Positions 27,120 to 38,608 of a stretch of DNA of 64,000 bases are shown in pieces (positions within the stretch are counted from its first letter, which is position 1; every line of letters starts with the position of its first letter). Position numbers and translations under genes: made by a program. Source of the stretch: Squalus acanthias (lineage: Eukaryota); contig CM059432.1 of assembly GCA_030390025.1 (NCBI GenBank), forward strand, positions 21,144,001-21,208,000. The letters run 5' to 3'. The notes under the pieces are model-generated. The model saw only the letters and a list, made by a program, of their open reading frames with translations, did no database searches and was not told where the DNA came from.

Positions 27120-27730
27120 GACTACAGAGACTGCGAAGGGTGTGGTAGCTTGCTGCTTTGTGCTGCTTCATAAGGATACCATGGTGACCGTTTGGTGGGC
27201 ACCCAGTAACCTGGTGCTGGCACTGTGCCATTGACCTTGCCTTCTTCCATGGCTCGGGAAATGTGCATTCCCAGCATCTGCAGCCTGCTCGTCATAGGGC
27301 GGGAGCTCCTTAATGTCAGGGATGCCCCCTTTGGCCCTCTGCCTCTCGCAGACGTTGTGCACTAGTTTCTCTTACAACAAGATTGAGTGAATTAGGTGAA
27401 GTCTAGCAATTGAGGGATATATTCCAGATGACATTGGGCCGCTGATGTAAGAGATCTGGTGGTATCACCGTGTGAAAGTGGAGGAAGGGGTTTCAAGGTT
27501 CTGCATGCAAGTAAGTGCTATTCGGGGAGATGACGACACATAAGATCTGTAATTAGTGCCTCCCTTAACCAGAATGCAGTGTGAAGGGTTAATAGTATGT
27601 TAGAGGGTGAAGAGTGCAGCCACCTGACAGTGAACTGAGTGATCCAAGCTACTGCTGCTGCAATCTTTAGCCAGACTTGGCTTTTAAAAGGTTTCACAGC
27701 TTTATCTAATTTCCAAGCACTCCAGCACAT
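27120..27730 (-). pseudogene. Decayed Harbinger Myb/SANT-like gene remnant
   Basis: Fragments QVWLKIAAAV..RWL and ERQRAKGGIPDIKELPPYDEQAAD resemble the Harbinger accessory Myb-like protein. Confidence 0.5.
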
Positions 27731-30700
27731 TACTCCGATTTTACACAGGATGTGCGCTGGAGAGCTGCCATTTAATATGTAAATGAGCCGACACGCAAAA
27801 TTCTCGTGGATTCAGCTCTGCACGGAGCGGGATTTCGCGACCGGTGGGCACCGCGGGGACTGGAGCGCTTCATCATCCCGGACAACCAAATTTTAATTCA
27901 ATTTGTTAAGTTTCATTTCATGTTTTAAGTTTAGTTACAGTTTATTTGTTTTAGTGTGCATCAAAAAAAGTACACAGAGCGGGATTAAAACGGAATGTAC
28001 TTAAACAGAGTGTTTTATTTGGGAATTTGGAAAGAGTGGGAATTTCTGGTAAGTATTGGGTAAGTAGTAGATGTAAAAAGTGACATTTAGTTTAACATTT
28101 TGATTTTAACCTCGAACTTTAAAAGATGTAGTTAACAGAAGCTGCCTGCCAGTGGCAGTTAACTGTCAGTCAGCTGTAAGTGTTTGTCTTGAATAGGCAC
28201 TAATCACCAGGAGCAGGGGAGCTGAGTCAACACTTGTAAATTGGGTGAGGCTCCTAGAGTATAAGAGTAAACAGGTCTGCAGAGCACAGAGCGGGATTAA
28301 AATGGAGTGTACTTAAACAGAGTGTTTTATTTGGAAATTTGGAAAGAGTGGGAATTTGGAGGAAAGGGGGAAGGAGTTGCTGCTTTTTGCCTGCACTACT
28401 TGTAGTGCTTTGTGTTACAGGTAGATATTTAATTTCAGTACTTAAGTTACTTAATCTAGATCAGGTAAGTAGTCAAGAAACTACACTGTAAACTAAGTTA
28501 CCTAATTACAAATTTAATTATATTTAATTAAATAAAACAAGGTCCTATAGGGATGGCGGTGCAGGTGGTGTGCCGCAACTGCAGCATGTGGGAGTTTGTG
28601 GAGAGCATTGTGATCCCGGACAACCACATTTGCAGTAAGTACCTGCATCTTGAGGAACTTCAGCTCAGAGTTTTTGAGCTAGAGTCTGAGGTGCAGACAT
28701 TGCGGGGCATCAGGAATGGGGAGAGTTACCTGGACACTTTGATCCAGGAAACAGTCACACCTCTAAGGTTAGGTAGTGGTACAGGTCTGGTTAGTGGTCA
28801 GGGACAGGAGGGTGTGATTGCAACTCAGGCAGGTAATGGGACCCCAGGTGCAGTGCTGGAGGAGCCTCAGCCTTTGCCCTTGTCACAACAGGTATGAGGT
28901 TCTCGCTGCCTGTGTGGATGAGGGAAACGCCTGCAGGATGGATGAGCAAGCTGACCATGGCACCATGGTGCAGGAGGCCATTCAAGTGGAGGGAATGAAA
29001 GGGAACGTAGTTGTGGTAAGGGACAGTATAGTCAGGGGGATAGATAGTGTTCTCTGCAGCCACGACCGAGAGTTCTGAAGGTTGTGTTGCCTGCCCGGTG
29101 CCAGGGTTAAAGACATCTCCTCGTGGCTGGAGGAGAACTTGGAGTGGGAGGGGGAGGATCCAGTTGTCGTGGTCCACGTAGGAACCAATGACATAAGTAG
29201 AACTAGGAATGAGGTTCTGCTGAGGGAGTTTGAATAGCTAGAATCCAAATTAAAAAGCAAAACCTACAAGGTAATAATATCTAGATTGTTACCTGAGCCA
29301 CGCACAAATTAACATAGGGACAAACAGATTAGAGGTTTAAATGCGTGGATCAAAGAGTGGTGTGGGAGGAAGGGGTTTCAGTTCATGGGGCACTGGCACC
29401 AGTACTGGGGAAAGAGGGAGTTGTTCCGTGGGAACCGGGCTCGGGCCAGTATCCTGGTGAACCGAATAACTAGGGCAGTAGACAGGGCTTTAAACTAATG
29501 AAGGGGGGTGGGAGGATTCAGGAAAGAGTAAATTTAAAAGCAGTGAGAGAAATGTCAAAGCTCTGGAGCAGAGTAGAGTTTTGGGTAAAAATAAACAGTG
29601 AGTCAGGAAGGGACAGAGAGAGTAACAAAGGTAATAAAGCATCAGTGACTAAGGCGACATCAGGGAAAATAAGTCAAAGCTAAAGGCACTATATCTGAAT
29701 GCACAAAGCATTCGCTCAAAATAGATGAATTAATAGCGCAGATTGAAATTAATAGGTTTAATCTAATAGCCATTACGGAGACATGGTTGCAAAGTGGCCA
29801 AGGTTGGGAACTAAATACTCCAGGATACTTAACTTTTAGCAGAGATGGGCAAAATGGAAAAGGAGGACGGGTAGCCCTGATAATAAGGGATGGGATAAAG
29901 ACAGTAGAGAAAGAACCTTAGCTTGTAAAATCAAGAAGTAGAATCAGTTTGGGTGGAGCTAAGAAACAGGAAGGGGCAGAAAACATTGATGGGAATTGTT
30001 TGTAGGCCCCCAAACAGTAGTTGTAATGTAGGGCAGAGTATAACTCAGGAAATTAGAGGCACATGTAACAAGGGTAATACAGTAATCATGGGGGACCATA
30101 ATCTACATATAGACTGGGCAAACCAAATTTGCAGTAATGGTGTGGAGGGCAAATTCATGGAATGTATGCAAGATAGTTTTCTAGATCAGTATGTTGAGGA
30201 ACCAACTAGGGAACAGGCCATTTTAGATCTAGTATTGTGCAACAAGAAAGGGTTAATTACTAACCTTGTAGTAAAGGGGCCTTTAGGGAAGAGTGACCAT
30301 AACATGATAGAATTTTATTTGCGTTTAAAAGTGATTTAGTTAAATCCAAAACTAGGTTCTTAAATCTAAACAAAGCAAACTACATAGGTATGAGAGGCGA
30401 GTTGGCTAAGATAGATTGGGAAACTACATTAAAGGTATGACGGTAGAGAAGCAATGGCTAGCATTTAAAGAATTAATACATAATTTACAACAAATATACA
30501 TTCTTTTAAGGCACAAAAACCCCACAGGAAACGTGGTCCAACCGTAGCTAACAAGAGAAGTTAAAGATAGTATTAGATCAAAGGAAGAGGCTTATAATGT
30601 TGTCAAAAAGAGTAGCAAGCCTGAGGATTGGGAGGATTTTAGAATTCAGCAAAGGAGGACCAAGAAATTGATAAAGAAAGGGACAATAGAATATGAGAGT

Positions 30701-30856
30701 AAACTAGCAAGAGACATAAAAACAGATTGTAAAAGCTTCCATAGGTATGTAAAAAGGAAAAGATTAGCGAAAGTAAATGTGGGTCCCTTACAGGCTGAGA
30801 CAGGAGAAATTATAATGGGGAATAAGGAATTGGCAGAGAAATTAAACAAATACTTT

Positions 30857-33800
30857 GGCTGCGATCTTACCTGAAGAGGCGAGTTGGGAGCGGGTCAGCT
30901 GACTTGTGGGTTCCGATCCCGTCCCCAACAACGCCCGACACACAGACGCTATTTTGCGTCAATTGGCCTTGTTCAGCCCGCCCTGCGGGCTTACCGGCCA
31001 ATTAAGAGAAAGCCGGTGTCAGATGACGTCAGTTGATGACGCATCATCTGCCGGTTTTCTTAAAGTGGACATGCTCATTTTTGTTTGACAGATGATTTTT
31101 CAGTGTTTGACAGCATTGAGGTGCTGCAAACACTGCCAATCACTGTACAAAGGTGAGCCCTTGTACCCGGGCTCTCCAGAAACTCTCCCCTTAGGATAAA
31201 ACAGATGGCAGCTGCAGGTGAGGTTACAGAAGCGATCTGTCACTGGTGAGAGGTTCTCCCAATGAGGTGGGACTACACAAACACTTCAAACCTTATTACC
31301 TACAGAAAAGTTTAAATACATTAAAAATGATTTTCCCAGCATTTCCTTACCTCTGAAACTCACCAGTGTACCATTGGATCCTTCACGCCACTTCTCCATC
31401 ATGTTTTAGCTCCTCAGCGGGGATTCCATCTGCTCCTGAGGCCTTGTTGTTCTTCAGTTGTCGGATGGCCTTTTCAACCTCATGCCGGGCTGGGGTTGTG
31501 CTGAGATGGTGGCGGGTAGCATGCTGCGAGATGGAGTTGAGGACACTCGCGTCGAAGACAGAGTCTCGGTTAAGGAGATCTTTGAAGTGCTCCTTCCAGC
31601 GGGCACTGACTGCCTCTCTGTCCTTGATGAGTACCTCTCCGTTCTTGGCCCGCAGTGGGGTAGGACTTTGGGTGCTTGGGCCATAGGTGGTCTTGACTGC
31701 GCTAAAGAATCCACGCATGTCGGCTAGCTGTTGTATCTCCTGCGCTTTCTCCACCCACCTTCTGTTCTTTAGGTCGTGAGTTTTTTGTTGGACCTTGGCC
31801 TTCAGGCGTCTGTAGAGCTGCTTTCTTGCTCTCGAGTTGTGTTGCTGTTTCCAGATCAGGAATGCCTTGCGCTTGCGGCTTATTAGCTCCTGGATCTCCT
31901 GGTCGTTCTCGACGAACCAGTCTTGGTGTTTCCTGGTCGAGTGACCGAGCGTCTCTTCACAGGTGCTGATTATGGAGGCCTTGAGTGCAGACCAGGCACT
32001 GTGGGCACTCTGTGTCTCTGAATCACTGGGAGTCGTCAGGTTGGTTGTGAGGCGCAGGCTGAATAGGGCTTTCTTAGCTGGGTCATTGAGTGCTCCAGTG
32101 TTGATTTTCCTGCGGCATTGCTTCTGTTGCCACCGCTGCTTTGGGGCTACGTTGATGGAGATGACAGAGCGGATTAGGCGATGGTCTGTCCAGCAGTCGT
32201 CAGCTCCTGTCATGGCGTGGTTGATGCAGACGTCCTTGCGGTCCCTTGCTCGGACGATGACGTAGTCTTCACCGCGCGTCAATTACAAGAGAAATGCAGG
32301 GAACAGCACCAACCGCTGTACATGGCCTTCTTTGACCTCACAAAGGCCTTCGACACCGTCAACCGTGAGGGATTATGGAGTGTCCTCCTCAAATTTAGCT
32401 GCCCTCAAAAGTTTGTCACCATCCTCTGCCTGCTTCATGACGACATGCACGCCGTGATTCTGACCAACGGATCCACCACAGACCCAATTCACGTACGGAC
32501 CTGGGTCAAGCAAGGCTGTGTCATCACACCAACGCTCTTCTCAATCTTCCTGGCTGAAATGCTCCATCTCACCCTCAGTAAGCTCCCCGCTGGAGTGGAG
32601 CTAATCTACAGAACAAACAGGAAACTGTTCAACCTCCGTCGCCTCCAGTCCAGATTCAAGGTCGTCCCATTCTCTGTCATCGAATTACAGTGTGCAGACA
32701 ACTCTTGCGTCTGTGCACACTCTTAGGCCGAACTCCAAACTATCGTCAACACCTTCACCGAAGCGTACGAGAGCATGGACTTTACACTAAACATCCGTAA
32801 GACAAAGGTCCTCTATCAACCTGTCCCCGCCACACAGTACTGCTCCCCGATTATCAGAATCCATGACGAGGCCTTGGACAACGTGAACCACTTTCCATAC
32901 CTCGGGAGCCTACTGTCAACAAGGGCAGACGTCGATGACGAAGTCCAACACCGCCTTCAGTGTGCCAGTGCAGCCTTCGGTTGCCTGAGGAAGAGAGTGT
33001 TTGAAGACCAGGACATCAAACCCAGCACCAAGTTCATGGTCTACAGAGCAGTAGTGATACCCGCCCTCCTGTATGCTTCAGAGACATGGACCATGTACAG
33101 CAGGCACCTCAAAGCACTGGAGAGGTACCACCAATGCTGCCTCCGCAAGATCCTGCAAATCCATTGGCAGGATAGGCACACCAACGCCAGTGTTCTCGCT
33201 CAGGCCAACAGCCCCAGCATCGAAGCTTTGACCACGCTCGATCAGCCCCGATGGACGGGCCACATCGTCCGCATGCCCAATACGAGACTCCCAAAATAAG
33301 CGCTCTACTCGGAGCTCCGATACGGCAAGAGTGCTCCAGGTGGGCAGAGGAAACGCTTCAAGGACACCCTCAAAGCCTCCTTGAAAAAGTACAACATCCC
33401 CACTGACACCTGGGAATCCCTGGCCCAAGACCGCACAAAGTGGAGAAGAAGCATCCGGGAAGGCGCCGAACACCTCGAGTCTCTTCGCCAGGAGCCAGCG
33501 GAAGCCAAGCACAAACAGCGGAAGGAGCACACGTCAACCCAAGCACCCCACCCACCCGCCCCTTCAACCACCGTCTGCCCCACCTGTGACAGAGACTGTT
33601 GGTCCCGCATTGGACTCATCAGTCACCTGAGAACTCATTTTTAGTGTGGAAGCAAGTCATCCTCGGTTCCGAGGGACTGCCTAAGAGAAAGATTGGATCC
33701 TTCACACCACTTCTACAGCTGTCATCAATGAAGAAATATTACAGTAGACTCACAACACGCCGCACTTACCTGGCGTGGTGTCCTGACGTTGGGAAGCTTG

Positions 33801-34050
33801 CAGTCGACCTGGCAAAATTGGAAAAAACCTCTTAACTGCCTGTTAACTACCTGTTAACAAGCAGATAAGTGGCTATAATCCTCTTCCCGCCACTAGGAGA
33901 CGGGTCCCTGCGCAAATCGGGGACCCGACTCCCGGGAAGATTGATTGCAGACAGGTTGGAAGCGGGTTCGGGACCCACTGCCAATCTTTTTGATTTTGCC
34001 AACAGTCCCGCCTCCAAACCCGACCCCTGAGCGCCGGCAAAATTGCCCCC
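30857..34050. mobile_element. Harbinger-type non-autonomous element inserted in CR1 ORF2
   Basis: Removing it rejoins CR1 codons NKYF|VSVF; 3-bp TSD TTT; degenerate TIR; similar to 48551-49337. Confidence 0.85.
31396..33691 (+). mobile_element. RTE-clade LINE, 5'-truncated, with inverted 5' segment (31396-32267)
   Basis: Minus-strand EN end and linker (DYVIVR..TDHRLI..KHQDWF..GADGIPAE); plus-strand RT (FTARQLQEKCREQ..AFFDLTKAFD..KQGC) and C-terminal CPTC..HLRTH finger; 23-bp TSD. Confidence 0.92.
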
Positions 34051-34273
34051 TTTGTGTCTGTCTTCGTGGAAGAAGACGCAAAAAACTTTCCGGAAATAGT
34101 GGAGAACCAAGGGTCTAGCGAGAATGAGGAACTGAAAGGAAGGATATACTTGCCATATAGGGAGTGCAACGAAGGTTCACCAGACTGATTCCTTGGATGG
34201 GGGGATTGTCCTATTAGGAGAGATTGAGTAGACTAGGCCTATATTCTTTCGAGTTTAGAAGAATGAGAGGTGA

Positions 34274-35636
34274 TGGAAGCAATTATTAAAGATGTCATAA
34301 CAGACCATTTGGAAAGTGGTGACATGATAGGTCCAAGTCAGCATGGATTTGTGAAAGGGAAATCATGCTTGACAAATCTTCTGGAATTTTTTGAGGATGT
34401 TTCCAATAGGGTGGACAGGGGGGAACCAGTAGATGTGGTGTATTTGGACTTTCAGAAGGCCTTCGACAAGGTCCCACACAAGAGATTGGTGAGCAAAGTT
34501 AAAGCACATGGGATTGGGGGTAATGTGTTGACGTGGATTGAGAACTGGTTGGCACACAGGAAACAAAGAGTAGGAGTAAATGGGTACTTTTCAGAATGGC
34601 AGGCAGTGACCAGCGGGGTACCGCAGGGTTCGGTGCTGGGACCCCAGCTGTTTACATTATATATTAATGATTTGGACGAAGGGATTAAATGTAATATCTC
34701 CAAATTTGTGGATGACACTAAATTGGGAGGCAGTGTGAACAATGAGGAGGATGCTAGGAGGCTACAGAGTGACTTGGACAGGTTGGGTGAATGGGCAAAT
34801 GTATGGCAGATGAAGTACAATGTGGATAAATGTGAGGTTATCCACTTTGGTGGTAAAAATAGAGAGGCGGACTATTACCTGAATGGTGGCAGATTAGGGA
34901 AAGGGGAGGTGCAACGAGACCTGGGCGTCATGGTACATCAGTCACTGAAGGTGGGAATGCAAGTGCAGCAGGCAGTCAAGAAAGCAAACAGAATGATGGC
35001 CTTCATAGTAAGGGGATTTGAGTACAGGAGTAGGGAGGTGATGCTGCAGTTGTACAGGGCCTTGGTGAGGCCACACCTGGAGTATTGTGCGCAGTTTTGG
35101 TCTCCAAACTTAAGGAAGGACATTCTTGCTATTGAGGGAGTGCAGCGAAGGTTCACTAGATTGATTCCTGGGATGGCCGGACTGACATATCAAGAAAGAT
35201 TGGGTCAACTGAACTTGTATCCTCTGGAGTTCAGAAGAATGAGGGGGGATCTTATAGAGACATTTAAAATCCTGACTGGTTTAGACAAATTAGATGCGGG
35301 CAGAATGTTCCCAATGTTAGGGAAAACTAGAACCAGGGGTCACAGTCTAAGGATTAAGGGGAAGCCATTTAAGACTGAGCTGAGGAGGAACTTCTTCACC
35401 CAGAGAGTGGTGAATCTATGGAATTCTCTTCCACAGAAGGTTGTTGAGGCCAGTTCGCTAAATATATTCAAAAGGGAGTTAGATATAACACTCACAACTA
35501 GGGGGATCAAGGGGTATGGCGAGAAAGCAGGAATGGGGTACTGAGGTAGCATGTTCAGCCATGAATGCATTGAATGGCGGTGCAGGCTCGAAGGACCGAA
35601 TGGTCTACTCCTGTACCTATTTTCTATGTTTCTATG
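34274..35636 (+). mobile_element. Young 5'-truncated CR1 with open RT frame (424 aa), inserted into the older CR1
   Basis: ORF 34270-35544 with [24 protein letters not shown]; tail tttctatgtttctat; host sequence agaggtgat|ctcattgaaac is split. Confidence 0.92.
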
Positions 35637-36414
35637 ATCTCATTGAAACATACAAAATTCTTGCAGGACCTGACCGGTTAGATGCAGGGAGGATGTTTTC
35701 CCCGGCTGGTGAGTCTGGAACCAGGGGTCACAGTCTCAGAATAAGCGGTCAGCCATTTAGGACTGAGATGAGGAAAAATTTCTTCACTCAGAGGGTGGTG
35801 AATCTCTGGAATTCTCTACCCCAGAGGGAGTCGTTAAGTATATTCAAGACAGAGATCGATAGATTTTTGAATATTAAGGGAATCAAGGGATATGGGGATA
35901 GTGCAGGAAAGTTGAGTTGAGGTAGAAGATCAACCATGATCTTATTGAATGGCGGAGCAAGCTCGAGGGGTCAAATGGCCTACTCCTGCTTCTATCTCTT
36001 ATATTCTTATGTTCTTACAGAGCATTGGTGGGTACAACTCCAGACTCAGTGGTGCTAATCCTGCGTAAGTCACCACATGGAAATTTGAAGGCATTCATTT
36101 TTCTCCAAAATAAACCCACAATCTTATAAACCAACTAATTAGTATCTAACAATGGCGTATAAAAAAATTGTCCCATTTTGAGGAGGACCCATGACTTTGT
36201 CATTCGGGACTTAGTTGGTCTCTATCACATGAGATAAACAGCCAATCATCATGCATCCTCTGCTTAATGTCACTCACGTCAAGTATTTGTTTCATCGAGT
36301 TTGAGTCTTTTTAAAACAATTTTTACATAGAGTTTAGTACTCAGTCTATACAGAAAATTAACGTTGTTGTCAAGCTTAATTAAAATGGCACAACAGGGAC
36401 TCTGGTTGAAATAT

Positions 36415-36520
36415 ATGAATCAGCAGAGTTAGCTCTCCACGGATGCTGCCTGACCTGCTGAGTGTTTTCAGCATTTTCTGTTGTTGTTTCAGATTTCCAG
36501 CATCTGCAGTATTTTGCTAT
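36415..36520. repeat. Fragment of abundant shark palindromic repeat (probably Penelope-derived); fuller copy at 51125-51332, decayed copies near 19675-19830 and 46955-47045
   Basis: ctctccacggatgctgcctgacctgctgag...cagatttccagcatctgcag motif and its reverse complement. Confidence 0.6.
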
Positions 36521-37024
36521 TGAGTTACAGATATTGGTTTGGCTTCATTTGGCCATGTGCTGTGTTGCTGTACTCCAACTAACTGCTTCTTAAAATTTGG
36601 GAAGTTGAGTGATAAGATATAAAGAAAACTGTTGTGACCGTATATTTTTGAAGCACCTTCTCCACTCCATTTTATTTATGTTTTATTGGTAGCTGCCTAT
36701 ACAAATAAGCAAGTGATTTAACATTTTTCATTTACATATTCTGTATGTAAATGAAAAATAGATTGCTATACTAAGATTTTTGAAGCTTTTTTATCTGTTT
36801 ATGTATTTTCCTTTCTGTCACCAGTCACTCTGTCCTTTCTGTTATATTCTTAACCATCCCTGCCCACGGTTTGATGTCTCTCCTTCCTGCACCCTGTTAT
36901 TTCTGACCACCCTATGCCTTTTCATAGGATCATAGAACAGTACGGCACAGAAGGAGGCCATTTGGCCCATTGAGTCTGCGCCGGGAATCTGAGCCAAAAT
37001 CCAAATTCGGGACATTTTCTATCT

Positions 37025-37384
37025 TTTTTTTAATTCGTTCATGGGATGTGGGCATTGCTGGCAAGGCCAGCATTTATTGCCCATCCCTAGTTGCCCTTGA
37101 GAAGGTGGTGGTGAGCCGCCATTTCAGAGGGCAGTTAAGAGTGAACCACATTGCTGTGGGTCTGGAGTCACATATAGGCCAGAACAGCAGATTTTCATCC
37201 CTAATGGACATTAGTGAACCAGATGGTTTTTTATGACAATACTAGCTTTTTACTTCAGATTTATTTAATGAACTGAATTTAAATACCCCAGTTGCCGTGG
37301 TGGGATTTGAACACGTCTCATGGATAATTCGTCCAGACCGCTGGATTACTAGTCCAGTACATAAGCACTGTGCTACCGTATCCC
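37025..37384 (-). mobile_element. tRNA-derived SINE of a second family
   Basis: Minus-strand head GGTAGCACAGTG..GTTCAAATCCCACC; A-rich tail near 37025. Confidence 0.65.
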
Positions 37385-38554
37385 ATCTCAACATTCCACC
37401 ACTTGCTTCATGAGACTTTCAATTCTGTACCCTACCATCTCTGCACAAAGTCGGTATTTTGTCTTATATTACCAGGCTGTTTTCAGCCTATATAAAAAAA
37501 AAAATTGCAGCTTTGCCTATATGGAACTTTGCACAAGTGCAGTTGTACCTCAGCGCTGTACATTTATCAGAATCTGAAAACTGGATGCTTGCCTGTGATT
37601 ATGTTTTTGGGGATGATGAGGTATGTTAAAAAAAAAGTTAACAAAGAAAACTACAAGTGTCCAAATTTGACTGGCAATAGCTTGGACTAGTTTAATTTGA
37701 TCAAACCTCTTGAAATTTGAATGAATTTGGATTTTGGCTCAGATTGCTGCTTGTCCCTGGCTGTATCATAAATATGGCTATAAATTGTAATGTGTAAAAG
37801 TGCAACTATCATCATTCTCTGAAGGGAATTGTAATTTTTGTGCGCTAGAGTATCTAAACCAACACTTTTATCATTGCGACATCAAGGTAACGAGCCTTGC
37901 AGTGATTTTTTTTGGGCACACAGTGGTAAAACAAGATTCTCTGTTTATAAAAAATACCTCAAAAGTCTCCCTAATAATGTTACTGGTGCAACAATGTCTT
38001 TTTAAATCACATGGTTATCATTTTGTCCTTTTTATTCCTAGCATGATAATTGTAAATCATGGAAAAGTGAAAGCTAATGGCAGTGGTGTTGCACAGTATT
38101 GTAGTTAATTGTCAACAGTTCTTGTACCATCAAAATAAATCATACTGAAAGGTTTCTCGTGATATTTTAATCAGTATATTTGAAAGGACATTGTCACTGA
38201 CTTGTAGCTCAGTCCAGGAGAAACAAACTGTGACACTGGCCACTTGAGTCTGTCAGTTTCCAGGGCACGATCTGCATGCTAAAACTTCAATTTGAAGATC
38301 AGATCAAATCAAAAATGTGCAAATTACTGAGTTAGTGTAGAAATTGCTGCAGATTCAATACCTTATTGCCATTGCTGGTTCCCGCCCCCATCCTCCCAAG
38401 TTTGGCTAGTGTTTGGATACTGATAGATGCCTGTTGATATGCTTCTCGAACAGACTATTGTAGTTTAGGTGCTGATTGTTAATACTGTAGTAATATTGCC
38501 TGTCAATACTGCACTGCACTTTTAGTTTTTAGAATTGTTTTTTTTTATTAACAG

Positions 38555-38608
38555 GCAGTGAAACGATGGAGTGTTTCATCAGCAGGAAGTGATAAAACCA
38601 ATCTCAGT
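38555..38608 (+). CDS. ADGRB1: Probable ADGRB1 54-nt (possibly cassette) exon AVKRWSVSSAGSDKTNLS
   Basis: Long T tract + acag acceptor, gtaagt donor, phase 0/0; KRWSVSS resembles the BAI2 tail. Confidence 0.8.

Larger units (their letters stand above)
27971..36017 (+). mobile_element. Near-full-length decayed CR1 LINE (ORF1 Zn-finger/SGNH esterase from 28553, ORF2 endonuclease from about 29680), RT core deleted at about 34140, hosting nested insertions
   Basis: ORF1 MAVQVVCRNCSMWE; VVVHVGTND; ORF2 RPPNS, IMGD.N, LDLV, SDHN; 3' tail (tcttatgt-like) at 35990-36017. Confidence 0.9.

Noticed and set aside
34270..35544. Domesticated or active reverse transcriptase gene
   Set aside because: 5'-truncated CR1 lacking endonuclease and promoter; the open frame reflects recent insertion
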